The notes under the pieces are model-generated. The model was not told where the DNA came from. It saw nothing but the letters and a program-made list of their open reading frames with translations, and made no database searches. 64,000 bases of DNA, from assembly GCF_008831285.2 (NCBI RefSeq), contig NC_045138.2, positions 35,216,001-35,280,000 of the forward strand, given 5' to 3'. Position 1 is the first letter of the stretch. Each line of letters begins with the position of its first letter. Below are positions 1 through 10,532 of the stretch, in pieces. A program made the position numbers and the translations under genes. Source of the DNA: Nymphaea colorata (lineage: Eukaryota).

Positions 1-1852
1 GATTCCAAGTTTGCCCATGGTCATTAATTGACTAATTGATTACTGGCTTATTTGGAAAGGGCAGTTTGGTAAACTCAAGGGGATAGCGGTAAAGAGTCCA
101 AACCCGTGGGCGCTCACTCCTCTTCTTTCCCTTCGGCTTCCCTTCATTACATAACACTTTTCATTTTAAGGAGCTCCACACTTGGCCACCCATAAAGGTA
201 AGTTAATTTCATCCCTCGCCAAGTGTCCTCTTCATCATTACACCCCAGCCACAACGGTTCACCCCCTTCACTCGCATCCTTCACCTCCTCTACCCGTTGG
301 CCTCCCTTTCTTCTTGTAACCGTCCCTAAAGCCAACTCACCAGCCCAAGAGTCTTACCCTCTTAACTCGCCACTTGTCCAACTCTTGAATCCTCATCATT
401 ACCCCACCCCACTTTGAGTCATAACCCCATCTCCCTCCCGTGCATAACACCTATACCCTCTTGTATGACCCTTTGGCTCTCCCCAAACCAAAACCTGTAC
501 CATCTTAAGTGCTCCACTCCTCACGCCACCTTGCCTCTCATCATTAGCCTCACATTAACTCTCCACTCATTGACATTATCCAGCCCTCACGACAATTAAG
601 CTTCTTTCCATCCAAGTCCCTTAGTTCCCTCCTTGGTGTAGCTCATCCTCATAACCGACCATACTAATTAAGAGCCACCTCTCATCATTAAGAGCCATCT
701 CACCTAGCCTTAATTTCACTCTCTCTTATGACTAACCCTCCACCGTCATACGCCTGACCCTTAGTTTATCTCTAAGCCATAACCAAACCCTTAGCAATTA
801 ATTTCCATCTCCCGGCTCTATACAACCTAACCCAAATCGAGCCTACCTAATCCCACTCCGAGCTCACTCCTTGTTCCGGACTCGGTTTGACCCCTTGGAG
901 TCCATTAGCTAGGTTCATCTCCAAGGATTGCACCTGATCAAGTTAGCATCTCTACTACAGCAAGTAAGACATCTTGCAGCCTCCCTCGCTGCAACCATCT
1001 CCCGACATCTTTCTAGGCGCCAAGGTGACCTCGGCCAGGTGGGCCAAGCCCCTGCCTCCATTCGGGTGCTCCTCCGTGACTTTGCTGTCTCTCTTGGCCG
1101 ACCAAGGCCTGCAGCAGCCATACACCATCCATTTCTGTTGTCGTGATCCTCCATCACTCTCGGCAGTTCTTGCTAGAAGACCAGGCGGGTCTAACCTCCA
1201 CTCCACCTCCTTGCTGTGATATCCAAGAGTGGCTGAGCCACTGGTTTTCTCTCAGATCCTATTACTGTTTAAGCTGACCTCTCATCGGCTAGGTAACTTC
1301 TAAACATCCTACAGAACGGGGTTATTGGGTGCATTTGCTTTCTAAGCCAGGCTCTAGCCATTTGCTACTGTCGGTAGTCCCTCCAAGGCACCTTACCAAA
1401 GACACGGCTGCGAGTAGCTAGACCACCAAAGGGAAAGGGCATGGTTTGGCCGTTTTTAGGGATTGTATGAATGGTTTGTGAATGAATGATGAGTGAGTTG
1501 TGAGAGTTAAATCTGTATCGCTCACGTTTGTACAAGCCTTAATCCCCTCAGTTTTGTAATAGGATTGAAGACTTGGGCCAGGGAAAACATACTTGTATCT
1601 TATACCCAGGGTACTATTAAGCCGGAGTTGCTGTCCGACGGGAAAAGTTTTGTAAATATAATTTGCTTAAATTTGGACTTTAGGCTCCCGTGAGTTGATC
1701 CTGAACTTGGGATCTAATCTCGGGCTTTGAAATCGCTAGCCGGGTCTAGGTTCCCACCAAGATCCTGGTTATGAATATGCTATAAGGTATCTCTTATTTA
1801 AAGCAAAAGTAAATTTGCTTGATTTTTGTTACCCTTGCTACTGTTCATTACA
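1..1852. mobile_element. Probable distal part of a large LTR-retrotransposon LTR (solo or 3' LTR), begins before the window
   Basis: Non-coding pyrimidine-rich then GC-rich blocks ending in ...CTGTTCATTACA (CA terminus at 1852); no PBS follows. The other end and TSD are outside the window, so this is inferred from general LTR-like composition only. Confidence 0.35.
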
Positions 1853-2212
1853 AATGATGGACGCACATTATGCTCTTATATATCTCATAATGTGGTTCAA
1901 CTAAATGACGACCTTCTTTGTTCGTTTAGGTTCAATAGTTTATGTCTTCTGCCATGAATGCCAATAGCAGGGAGGGTGTGTTGGTTTTCATGCATAAATG
2001 TTATTAGAATTATTGCACTTACCTTTGTGGCTTGGTGGTTGTGGAGCGCCAAGTATGTTGGTAGATGTCGTCCCTTTGTTGGGCTGTGGAAAGTAAACAT
2101 TATCCAAGAAAACCTATTTGGAAATATCAGGAAAATTAGAGGCAGGACAAAATGTATGAAGAATGATTGCCATTTGAAGCTACATAAAAAAATTAGTTTG
2201 TAATGCACATAG

Positions 2213-2685
2213 GGGATGGGGCAGCACTCGTAGAGAACTGGATTTCTGGTGAACCAAGTAGCTTACCTCTTATATTCAGTAAACCTTGATATTTTCTGGC
2301 GATTCTGTAGCTTATTATAGCTGATTCTTGAAAGAATGGTCTTCCTGCTTCAGAGATAAGTATTTACTTTCTCTTACCATCACCATATGCAGATATTCGT
2401 ACAAGATAGTTTTACCCGCTGCTGTCTAAAGCAAAAGCTGACCTCATTAAGATACATATTCTATGTGGTTCTCATTGCTGGATGGAAACCATTACAAGTC
2501 CTTGTTTTTCAGAATTTGCCTGGATTTGCACCAAGTCAACACAGAGAAAGGATGGGATTTCATTGAGCATTACTCGCAAGAATATTTTTCTGCAGGTTGC
2601 TTCTATGGCATCCCAGTTGAAGCAGGAGAGGACTGCCCTAAACGAAAAAAATTATAAAATCTCCGACTATGGAATATCAGTATGA
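2213..2685 (+). pseudogene. Degenerate terminal coding exon of an unidentified plant gene
   Basis: AG at 2211-2212, then one frame reads DGAALVENWISGEPSSLPLIFSKP*YFLAIL*LIIADS*KNGLPASEISIYFLLPSPYADIRTR*FYPLLSKAKADLIKIHILCGSHCWMETITSPCFSEFAWICTKSTQRKDGISLSITRKNIFLQVASMASQLKQERTALNEKNYKISDYGISV*. It looks protein-like with 4 internal stops; family not recognised. Confidence 0.4.
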
Positions 2686-3156
2686 GATTGTAATTCACCA
2701 CTCTTCAGAAACTGCATTGTTCTCAGCTGCCCACAGGCAATTAGGGCAAAGCTGTGCACTGAATGACTTGACGTAGATGGGAGTTTTTTCAATAGCTATC
2801 CTGAGCTTTGCAAGGCATATTTCTAGTTTGCAAGCTTACTATCAATACTTGATTTTTCTTTTCTGGTTTCATGTACCACCTGTTTGAGTTTGTTTCATGT
2901 TTCCAAATAGCTTAGCCTCGATTAACCACATAATAAAGGGAAGTGGCTATGAGATTGAGAAGACTCTCCTAACTGCATCCAAGCTCATAACAGCAAACAT
3001 TTGTAACTCCCTCTCCCTCCCTCCCTCCATCCCTCTCTCTCTATCTTGCTCACACGAGTGAATGCGTCGACAATACCTACTTGTGGCCATGAAAAAAGGC
3101 CTTTCTGATAGTTGCACCAAGGTCTCCATCTGAAGATTTACTATTGTAAACCTAGA

Positions 3157-3460
3157 GACGATGACGAAACTGGGCAAGAATGGTGCAGAAACATGCCCAG
3201 GGAAAACTGCTTGTGTGGTCAGCTATCAGCAGCTCTTTGAAGTTTAAATGGTCAACACGAAAACGGGGACAAAACTGGGAAAGACGTGCAGAAACGTGCC
3301 AAGGAAAAGTTCTGCTTGTGTGGTCAGCTATCAGTAGTTCTTTAAAGTTTAAATGATCAACATCATGAATGGAAGACGATAACGAAACTGGGCAAGAATG
3401 GTGCAGAAACGTGCCCAGGAAAAGTTCTGCTCGTGTGGTCAGCTATCAGCAGCCCTTTGA
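3157..3460. repeat. Tandem repeat, about 3 diverged copies of a ~105-120 bp unit
   Basis: Core GTGCAGAAACRTGCCMAGG..AAA..CTGCTYGTGTGGTCAGCTATCAGYAG recurs at about 3184, 3286 and 3401. Confidence 0.85.
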
Positions 3461-3589
3461 TCGTTGTTTACGTTGGACGCAGATGTAATTGTTGTTGCGT
3501 TGGCGTCATGATAGCCGCGGTAAACTTGCACCGGTGAGCATTACAACACACTTGTGAATTCAACAAACATTTTGAGGTCATTTTGACAT

Positions 3590-3810
3590 GTCTCTCTCAC
3601 AATCTTTAATACGAACTAAACTTTTGGGGTGTTACAATTTCATTTCTCATCCACAGTGTGGAATGCAAGTCCGAATGTTTAACAATTCTCTGATACCACT
3701 ATAACAACTCAACCTACTCTCGAGTTTGGACCCTTGATCTGATAGATCTCAACCTGCCTCTTAAGAAATTCGATTTTAATCTCAAAAGGGTTATGAACTA
3801 AGACAAACAA
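3590..3810 (-). mobile_element. Truncated TRIM (miniature LTR retroelement)
   Basis: On the minus strand: an LTR 3' end similar to the 22008-22197 solo LTR, PBS TGGTATCAGAG (3689-3699), a ~60-bp internal region, a purine-rich tract, then a second LTR start TGTAACACCCCAAAAGTTTAG at 3636. Confidence 0.7.
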
Positions 3811-4298
3811 CTACTTTAACAATACTTTTTATAATTTTTTTTTTCCTCATAGTCTTCAATACCGATTTAAATTTTTGGAATGTTATAGATACATTTATAA
3901 CATTGCAATCAGCAGCTTTGAAGCCAATATTACAACATTGTTTTTACATTGCACAGAGTTTCGCCGAATGATTGGCGCGTTTCAGCACACTTATGAGTTC
4001 AGCAAACATTTTGAGGCCTTCGGCAACATGAAGAACCAAATGCAAGAAGCATAACAAAATAATATATTGGATGGCTGTTTAGACCTGTAGAACACTTAAG
4101 ACATGGGAAAGTGAATAGAATAAGGTGGAGTGGACGTCTGACTGTCTGAGCGTCGACCCCTCTAAAGTCTGCGTAGCATGTTATAGTCAAAGAGCGACTG
4201 TTCGTTTGTCATTCACGTAACCGTGGACATCAGACGGTGAAATATACGTGCCTTCAAAAGTTCGAGACAAAGTTCCATCTCATCAAACCGGGTCAGCT

Positions 4299-6822
4299 TC
4301 AAAATTTAAACGGATTCTTATAAACCTTCAAGACCAAACGACAAGTTAACGAAACCCGGGTCCCAGTCCTGTATATATTTTTCTGCTTGATATCAGTTAC
4401 TGTTTCTGCCGCTGACTCTGACTCTGAGATCGAAACAGATAGCTGCCCAAGATCCTTCCAAGCATCCAGAAAATTAACAGCCTGACACCAAGCAAAGAAC
4501 ATACAAGATTTATTGTTGAAAACATGTACAGACCCACACAAGCCTGTTCTTGAAGCAAAAGAAACCAAAAGCTATGTCACAAGGATAAGCCTGTTCTTGA
4601 AAGCAAAAGATATGTCACAGGGATAAGGGTACCAAATGCAGGTGTGAGTACAGGTGTGGGTGCAGATGCCGGTGCAGTCTGCAGATGCAAATTCTGGTAA
4701 GTTTCAAAAAAAATTGAGCATATATATATATATAATCTAATTTTATTTGTCAACATTGAAAGTTCGATTAAATAAAATGAAAGCAAGAAAGAGAAAAGAG
4801 GAAAAAGAAGATAAAAGGAAAAGATAAAAGAAGAAAAAAAATTGAAAAAAAGAGAGCAAATGTTATCACAGCGAGCTGCACCCGCACCCTACCCGCATCG
4901 ACTCAGGTGCCTTCCCAATTTTGGCGCATCTGATTAAATGTAAATAGATCTTGATCTTATTTTATTTGTCGGTCTTCGTTCTACGAGTCGAGTCATCATT
5001 GTAGGTCTTCGACTCTTCGTTATGCGAGTCATCATTCTCACTAAAGCTAGCAACTTAAACTACTTTAACTAGTCCTTACATCATAGATGACGATAACAAC
5101 ACTTTTACCTGGTCTACTCGGTGAAGGTTGGAATCTTCTATGCCATGCAAGTAGTCTGAAAACCATCACGGGTTCAATACTTGAGGAACGGTGAAAATGA
5201 AAACCACGGAATCAAAAGAAGTCAACAACCTGAATATGCGTTATCTTTGAAAATCAGCAAACTCCGCGGCATCATGATGACTGAGAAATGATGCCCAAAT
5301 TTTCTCTGTGAACAGCTCACTTCCATTGGGCCATAGTCTGCGTCTGCGGTTGAGAAGTTTTCAGCATCAGATATTATCGCACCACTTCCTTCCGGAATAT
5401 TAGCAGTTTCTATTAAACTTTGATGCGGAGAAAAATTTAACACCACAGGTGATCCAAGGGACAAAACGGCAACAACTGGATAATAGGCAGGCCCGTCTTG
5501 ATGAGGCTGAAGACCATCAATTGAAAATGCACAGTTAATTCGTCAAACATAACTACATCATGTCATCAACAAACAATTAAGTCGCATAGAGTTATACCAT
5601 GATGCCTTGATCAGGCAAGTATTCATTGATGAGCACATGATTGATTGGCGACGGGAACAAACCAGTCCCCCCACATATTTTTCCAGTTACTTTCGTAAGC
5701 CAAGGGGGCACTGCAAGAAAGGCAGGACATGAGTACACGAAAGAAAAATGGATAAAAAGAATAGAAAAAATTCAAAGAACCAAAAAGGCAAACAAGTAAG
5801 ATGGACAACGCTGCAAAACAATCAGTTCAAAAGCTAACACACAAGAGTGCGGAAGCATTACAAAATTTGAAGTTTGTTCCAAACTTGAATAGATTCACAA
5901 AGCAACATATCAACAATAATTTGGTAGACCACTTGTCGAGGGGCAAGCACCAGTTACTAAGCAGTCTTAAAGCCACAGAAGATGGACTCAAGGGTGATAT
6001 GTGATTATCATGCAACGAGAGACGGAAAGGATTAAACGAGCATCAATTGGGTGGGAATGTGAATCCATTCGAAGGAAATTACCAGATTGACGCCCCAAGA
6101 GAGGCTTCACTTACCAAACACGCAAGCCATCTCCATCTAAAACCTAAACTCCACTTCAGATTACTTCTCTATTACAGATGATATCTGAATTGACATTTTG
6201 GAAATAACAGTGCCTAACAATACGACGAGTCGTTGCAATTGTTGTCTCGAGGCACTACAATATAATTCAACATGGCGCTCGAGAAATCATCGACAAGTCA
6301 CTTTTGCTTGTTATGGGCCACAAAACCCCACGCAGTGGCAGGTTTTCAATGACGTCCTCAGGGAGAAGCGCCTTTTTTTTTTTTTTTTCTCTCTTTCGGA
6401 ATTAGAGAGTCAAGTGAACTCTTAAACAACTTACGTTCTTGTGGAAGCAGACCCTTTTCATGGACAATACCCCCTGTTACACACAAAAAACACAATCAAT
6501 CGACAAAGGGAGACCACGGGAGAAAAGATAAAGGATGCTAAACCAGATCAAACCCCAATTTTGAAGACGCCGATTCCTCAAGGTTTTCCATTTCGAAACC
6601 GGGACATTGTTAATCTGAAACAGGTGAAAAAAAAATCAGAATCCTGATGTGGAACCTACTTTGAGACGAAAACCAAGCGAAGGAAGTGAGCACGTGTGAT
6701 AAGAAGATCATTACATCATCGAGGAGCTTAGACTCTTCCGCCCCATCTACGAAGTCGGGAATATAGAAGACCGTCGGGACGGAGCCCACCACATAATCTC
6801 CAAAATTGGGGATCGCTTCCAT
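4299..6822 (-). CDS. ALKBH6: Alpha-ketoglutarate-dependent dioxygenase AlkB homolog 6 (about 275 aa, 7 exons)
   Basis: Exons 6715-6822, 6554-6614, 6435-6473, 5598-5710, 5230-5506, 5109-5155 and 4299-4481, all GT-AG and phase-consistent (828 nt). Protein: [64 protein letters not shown] (HxD)..YLHGI (distal His)..RVSLTCR (2OG-binding Arg). Confidence 0.95.
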
Positions 6823-7979
6823 CGCAGGCCCTTCCTACTCACGAAAATCCTACTCGTCATATGGACTCTAGAAACATAAAAATATTATACCAAGGCGACG
6901 CCCATTCTGCGACACGGATGTCGTTGAACCTAAACAACCAAAAAAGTCGGCTTGCGTCTTCTATGGGAGGACAAGGTTTGATGCGGTAATAAGTTTCTTT
7001 CACCCCGTCTGGAAAACTCAAGTGGCCAACGCTACATCTGCCCCACATCTCCTCTAGCGTACAGGACTGAAGCCCTAAACAGAGCAACATTTTGTTCACA
7101 TAAGTTTCTCTTCCATCGCGGTAAGGAACTCAAACGTACGGATCAGGTTAGATGTTTTCTAACAAACACTAACTGAAATCCTATTAATTGAGTTGAACGC
7201 CCTCTGTGACGGTAAATATGAGCTTCACCTTCTCCCTTTTTAAAATACAGGCCTCCTTTTCTTAACAGCTGTCAAACGAAGTTTGCTTCGTAATAGGAGG
7301 AGGAGCTGTCCTTCGGTAGAAATGACGTTGGTGCTAAACAAATTCTGAAACACTTTTGTACCTGAAAAACAAATGAAAAAAAAAAAAAAATAGATGAACC
7401 TTGGATAGAAATTGTTTAAAATATTCATGAATTACAACTCAAATTTGGAAATTTACATTTAAAGTGCCAGGGCTAACCAAATACCTCTTAAAATCACTAC
7501 TATATGTGAAGTGAGTTATATGTTAACCAACACCCATAAGAGGGAACGGCACGAAAGCCATTCGCCCCTCCCACGCTTACGTGTTGGCATTCACATTTGC
7601 TTTCATAGCCATAATAAATACTTTTCTAGTTGACCGTTTACGTGCCTAATCAACACTTTTACGAGGACTGCACAACCTGGTATTTTGGCTGGCTATTACT
7701 GGACATTTGGATGTTAAGCAAAAACCATTTTCCTTTTTGCCCTTAGGGGGGGGGTCTTTCCTTTTATAGATTAAGGTCTTTCTGGTCATTTCATGCCCAG
7801 TACATCCTTTTATAGGTCGTACATATAACCTACTTATGTCTGGTAAATGTTAGTCTGTTCAACCCACAGCACCAATGTTGTAAAAGGTGAAAAAGCGAAG
7901 CGAGGCGTTGTTGAGCTTCTTAGAAGCTAGGCGACGCGATGCGTTAATCTTTCACGAACAAATTGGTTCAACGGACAGT

Positions 7980-8090
7980 GAGGTGATAGATTATTCTAGT
8001 TAGAACGAAAGTGAAGTGCCAGATTATTCTAGGTAGAACGAAGTGAAGTGGTAGATTATATTATCGTGATAGATTAATTATCTAGTTTAA
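7980..8090. repeat. Short tandem repeat (~30-bp unit, about 3 copies) inside the Pack element
   Basis: AGATTATTCTAGKTAGAACGAA(A)GTGAAGTG occurs twice, followed by degenerate AGATTA..CTAG copies. Confidence 0.7.
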
Positions 8091-8118
8091 CAAATGCTTC
8101 TATTACAAGCCCTTTTCG

Positions 8119-8210
8119 TGCATGACTAACATGCATATCATCGGACGGCTCTCCGGCGGACACGCTGCTCATGTTTGCCAGCATCTCTCGGCGACGTGTC
8201 CGACATGTGA
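8119..8210 (+). promoter_or_regulatory. Seed/ABA-type cis-element cluster (RY + ABRE) upstream of the captured 1-Cys Prx ATG
   Basis: TGCATG 8119-8124 and CATGCA 8130-8135 (RY/Sph), and ACGTGTC 8194-8200 (ABRE), 120-200 bp before ATG 8322. Function not shown. Confidence 0.5.
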
Positions 8211-8321
8211 CGGCAGAATATCTGTGTAAAGATTGCCTTCTTGCGTATTCATCGTTTTGTGATCGGAAGGGGAGGAACTGTGGTGGCGGCGGCTAGTTGT
8301 TGCAGAGAGGCGGCTGGAAGG

Positions 8322-8603
8322 ATGCCTGGGTTAACGATTGGCGATACCATTCCCAACGTTGAAGCGGATTGTACTCGTGGAAGAATAAGGCTTCATGAAT
8401 ATGTGGATGATAGTTGGACCATCATCTCTTCGCACCCTGGTATTAAAGATGCATTTTTCTTTCTTTCTTTCTTCATCCAACCGAAGACTACTCTGTCTCC
8501 ATCAGAAAAAGAGTCAAAGAACCCTCTCTCACTCCCTCTGTGCCTCTCATAAATCGATGATCTTTTGAGCAGGGGACTTCACACCATGACCGAGCTGGGA
8601 AGG
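8322..8603 (+). pseudogene. PER1: 1-Cys peroxiredoxin 5' fragment (exon 1, intron, start of exon 2), inactivated
   Basis: Exon 8322-8439 reads [39 protein letters not shown], then a GT..AG intron, then GDFTP-TGA at 8587 followed out of frame by TELGR. The VCT codons of the PVCTTE active site are missing (about 7-nt deletion). Homology ends at about 8603. Confidence 0.9.
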
Positions 8604-8765
8604 AACTTTGCTGTATTATGCCGACAGAAATGTATATATAACTTTTTGCAGAATTAGCATGCAATTTCGAAATGAAATCTTCAATATCAGTTAAAACTGT
8701 GCGACTCATGTGTTCCACTACAAGCCAACTGACTTTGTAATCTTACTTTCTAATGCACCTATCAG

Positions 8766-8915
8766 AATTTGGGTTGAGCGGAAAGGTATCAACTAAAGTT
8801 GATGTTTATAGTTATGGCGTTCTTCTCCTGGGGACATTCACATTGCACAAGAAGAAAACCTACAGTTGCAATGTTTGCCGGAAACCTACAGTTGCAATGT
8901 TTGCCGGTGATTTTA
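8766..8915 (+). pseudogene. Receptor-like kinase catalytic-domain exon fragment (subdomain IX region)
   Basis: After an acceptor CAG: (E)FGLSGKVSTKVDVYSYGVLLLGTFT..RRKPTVAMFAG, with a frameshift. A 26-bp direct duplication AAACCTACAGTTGCAATGTTTGCCGG lies at about 8856-8907. Confidence 0.8.
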
Positions 8916-9726
8916 GCAATTAATTAATCTGTCCTTGAGGCGTACGCCTCAAGCACTGAACTTGCCACATATGGAGGCGTACGCCTCTTCCATATGAGGC
9001 GCACGCTTCAGGGATGCGTGCGCCTCACACCCCTGCCTCAAGGCATTTTAAAAAAAAAAAACGCCTTGACTCGTTTATATGTTGTAAGAAGCGTACATTG
9101 CACAGTACTGTTTACAGGGCACAGTTTTTCTCACCAATGAGGTCGCCCACTCAATGCATGCCCTCCGCACCACTTTCATCATCCTCAAATTGGACATCTT
9201 CAAGGAACTGTGCGTGCAGTGTGGAGGGAAGTAAAGGAACTGCCTGTCGGTACGGTTGGAGATGGGGTGGACCATACTCATCCCATATTGCATTATCAAA
9301 TTTTTGACCCATCAGGCGTATATCAACGTTTCGGGCAAGGCCCGAGAAGGCCGGATGACTAGCAAAACCAGCAGCAGGAAGCTTTATGTTGCCATAGGTC
9401 AACTCTCAACTTTAGGCCCACATAGTTGACAAAGTCATTTCATGGGGTTTGCCTACTCTTATGATTTAAGAAAAACGATAAGGATGAATCAACTTCCTGG
9501 ATGGAATGGTACTGATTCACTGAACGGAAACAAAGCCGATATTGATTCTCAATGCGCTCACTTCGTTAAGGATTTTGTTTCTTACAATAAAAAGCAGCCT
9601 TGACTCCACCAAAAGTATGGAAAAGAAGATAAAAAAAAAAAGTATTTACAGGTCACCTGAAAAAAATCCGAAATACACATCAGATTAGCCCACAAGTTGG
9701 TGCCTCGATCACCTTGAACACATTAA

Positions 9727-10490
9727 CTATTTTCTAATCTGGGTAAATCGATCTGACAGTGGGCTTGGAGCGAGATTGCTGCCACTGGAGGCACTACCTC
9801 CAGGTTTGCTGCTGAAACCACTGAAGCCACCTGTGCAACGCCAAAGCAAATTCGGCTGTCAAGAAATGACTGACTACAGAGAAATTAGCATGAATGGTTT
9901 TGCTATTACACAATCGGTAAAGTTCCAAGGTAGGTCTCATCGTTGTGAAAACAAGGTACACTCACAAATCCAGAGGTTTTGAAAAAAAAAAAAAAAAGAA
10001 TCACGCAAGGAAATTTCCTCACGGGGATATTGCATCTATACTCCATGCTCAATGATGAAACAAAACCTACAAGGACTCAGACCAGCCCTGGCCTGTCAGA
10101 ACCAGACCCAACCTTGATAAGGCCAGACAAAGCCCCATCTAAGCTCAAGCTGATCTCAGCTAAGCTGCACCAAATCCTGGCTTGTTAATATATTGCTTAC
10201 CCGATCAGGCCCAGCCCAGCCCAATTGATAATGGCTAACTGATACCAGTAGTGGAGCTATGTGTGGGCTGGTGCAGGCGACTGCCCACGCCAGCCCCCGA
10301 AAAATTTTACCATGAGGGAGCTGGACCTGGGTCCAGCCAGATGTGGTGGCCAGACCAAACTCATGTCAATGCCCACAGGCACCAAACCCACTAAGGTTAG
10401 TGCCCCTGATAAAATTTTCTAACTCTGCCACTGACTGACACTGTAGTAGTGGCCCCCTCCAAGCGAAAAAGCCCCCAACAATGAGGGAGC

Positions 10491-10532
<42 letters not shown>

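Larger units (their letters stand above)
7873..9100. mobile_element. Non-autonomous hAT-like element carrying captured gene fragments (Pack-type)
   Basis: Termini CAATGT...ACATTG; flanking 8-mers CACAGCAC (7865-7872) and CACAGTAC (9101-9108) match at 7/8. Subterminal AGGCG/CGCCT repeats at about 7890-7940 and 8935-9070. Confidence 0.75.
7660..9300 (+). mobile_element. Highly decayed LINE reverse-transcriptase remnant, split by the 7873-9100 insertion
   Basis: Left of the insertion: IKVFLVISC (cf. plant LINE ...KDFRPISC) and ..FNPQH. Right of it: CLQGTVFLTNEVAHSMHALRTTFIILKLDIFK (cf. ...DNxxxAxExxHS...LKLDxxKA). The frame is continuous across the TSD. Confidence 0.6.

Noticed and set aside
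915..1219. Cluster of short ORFs on both strands
   Set aside because: GC-rich LTR-like sequence; no recognisable domain or splice structure.
3157..3460. CRISPR-like repeat/spacer appearance (also 7980-8090)
   Set aside because: Eukaryotic context, the intervening sequences are themselves homologous, and there are no cas genes.
9151..9402. 83-aa minus-strand ORF downstream of NUP214
   Set aside because: TTG start, and it is antisense to a LINE RT remnant; NUP214 already terminates at 9727.
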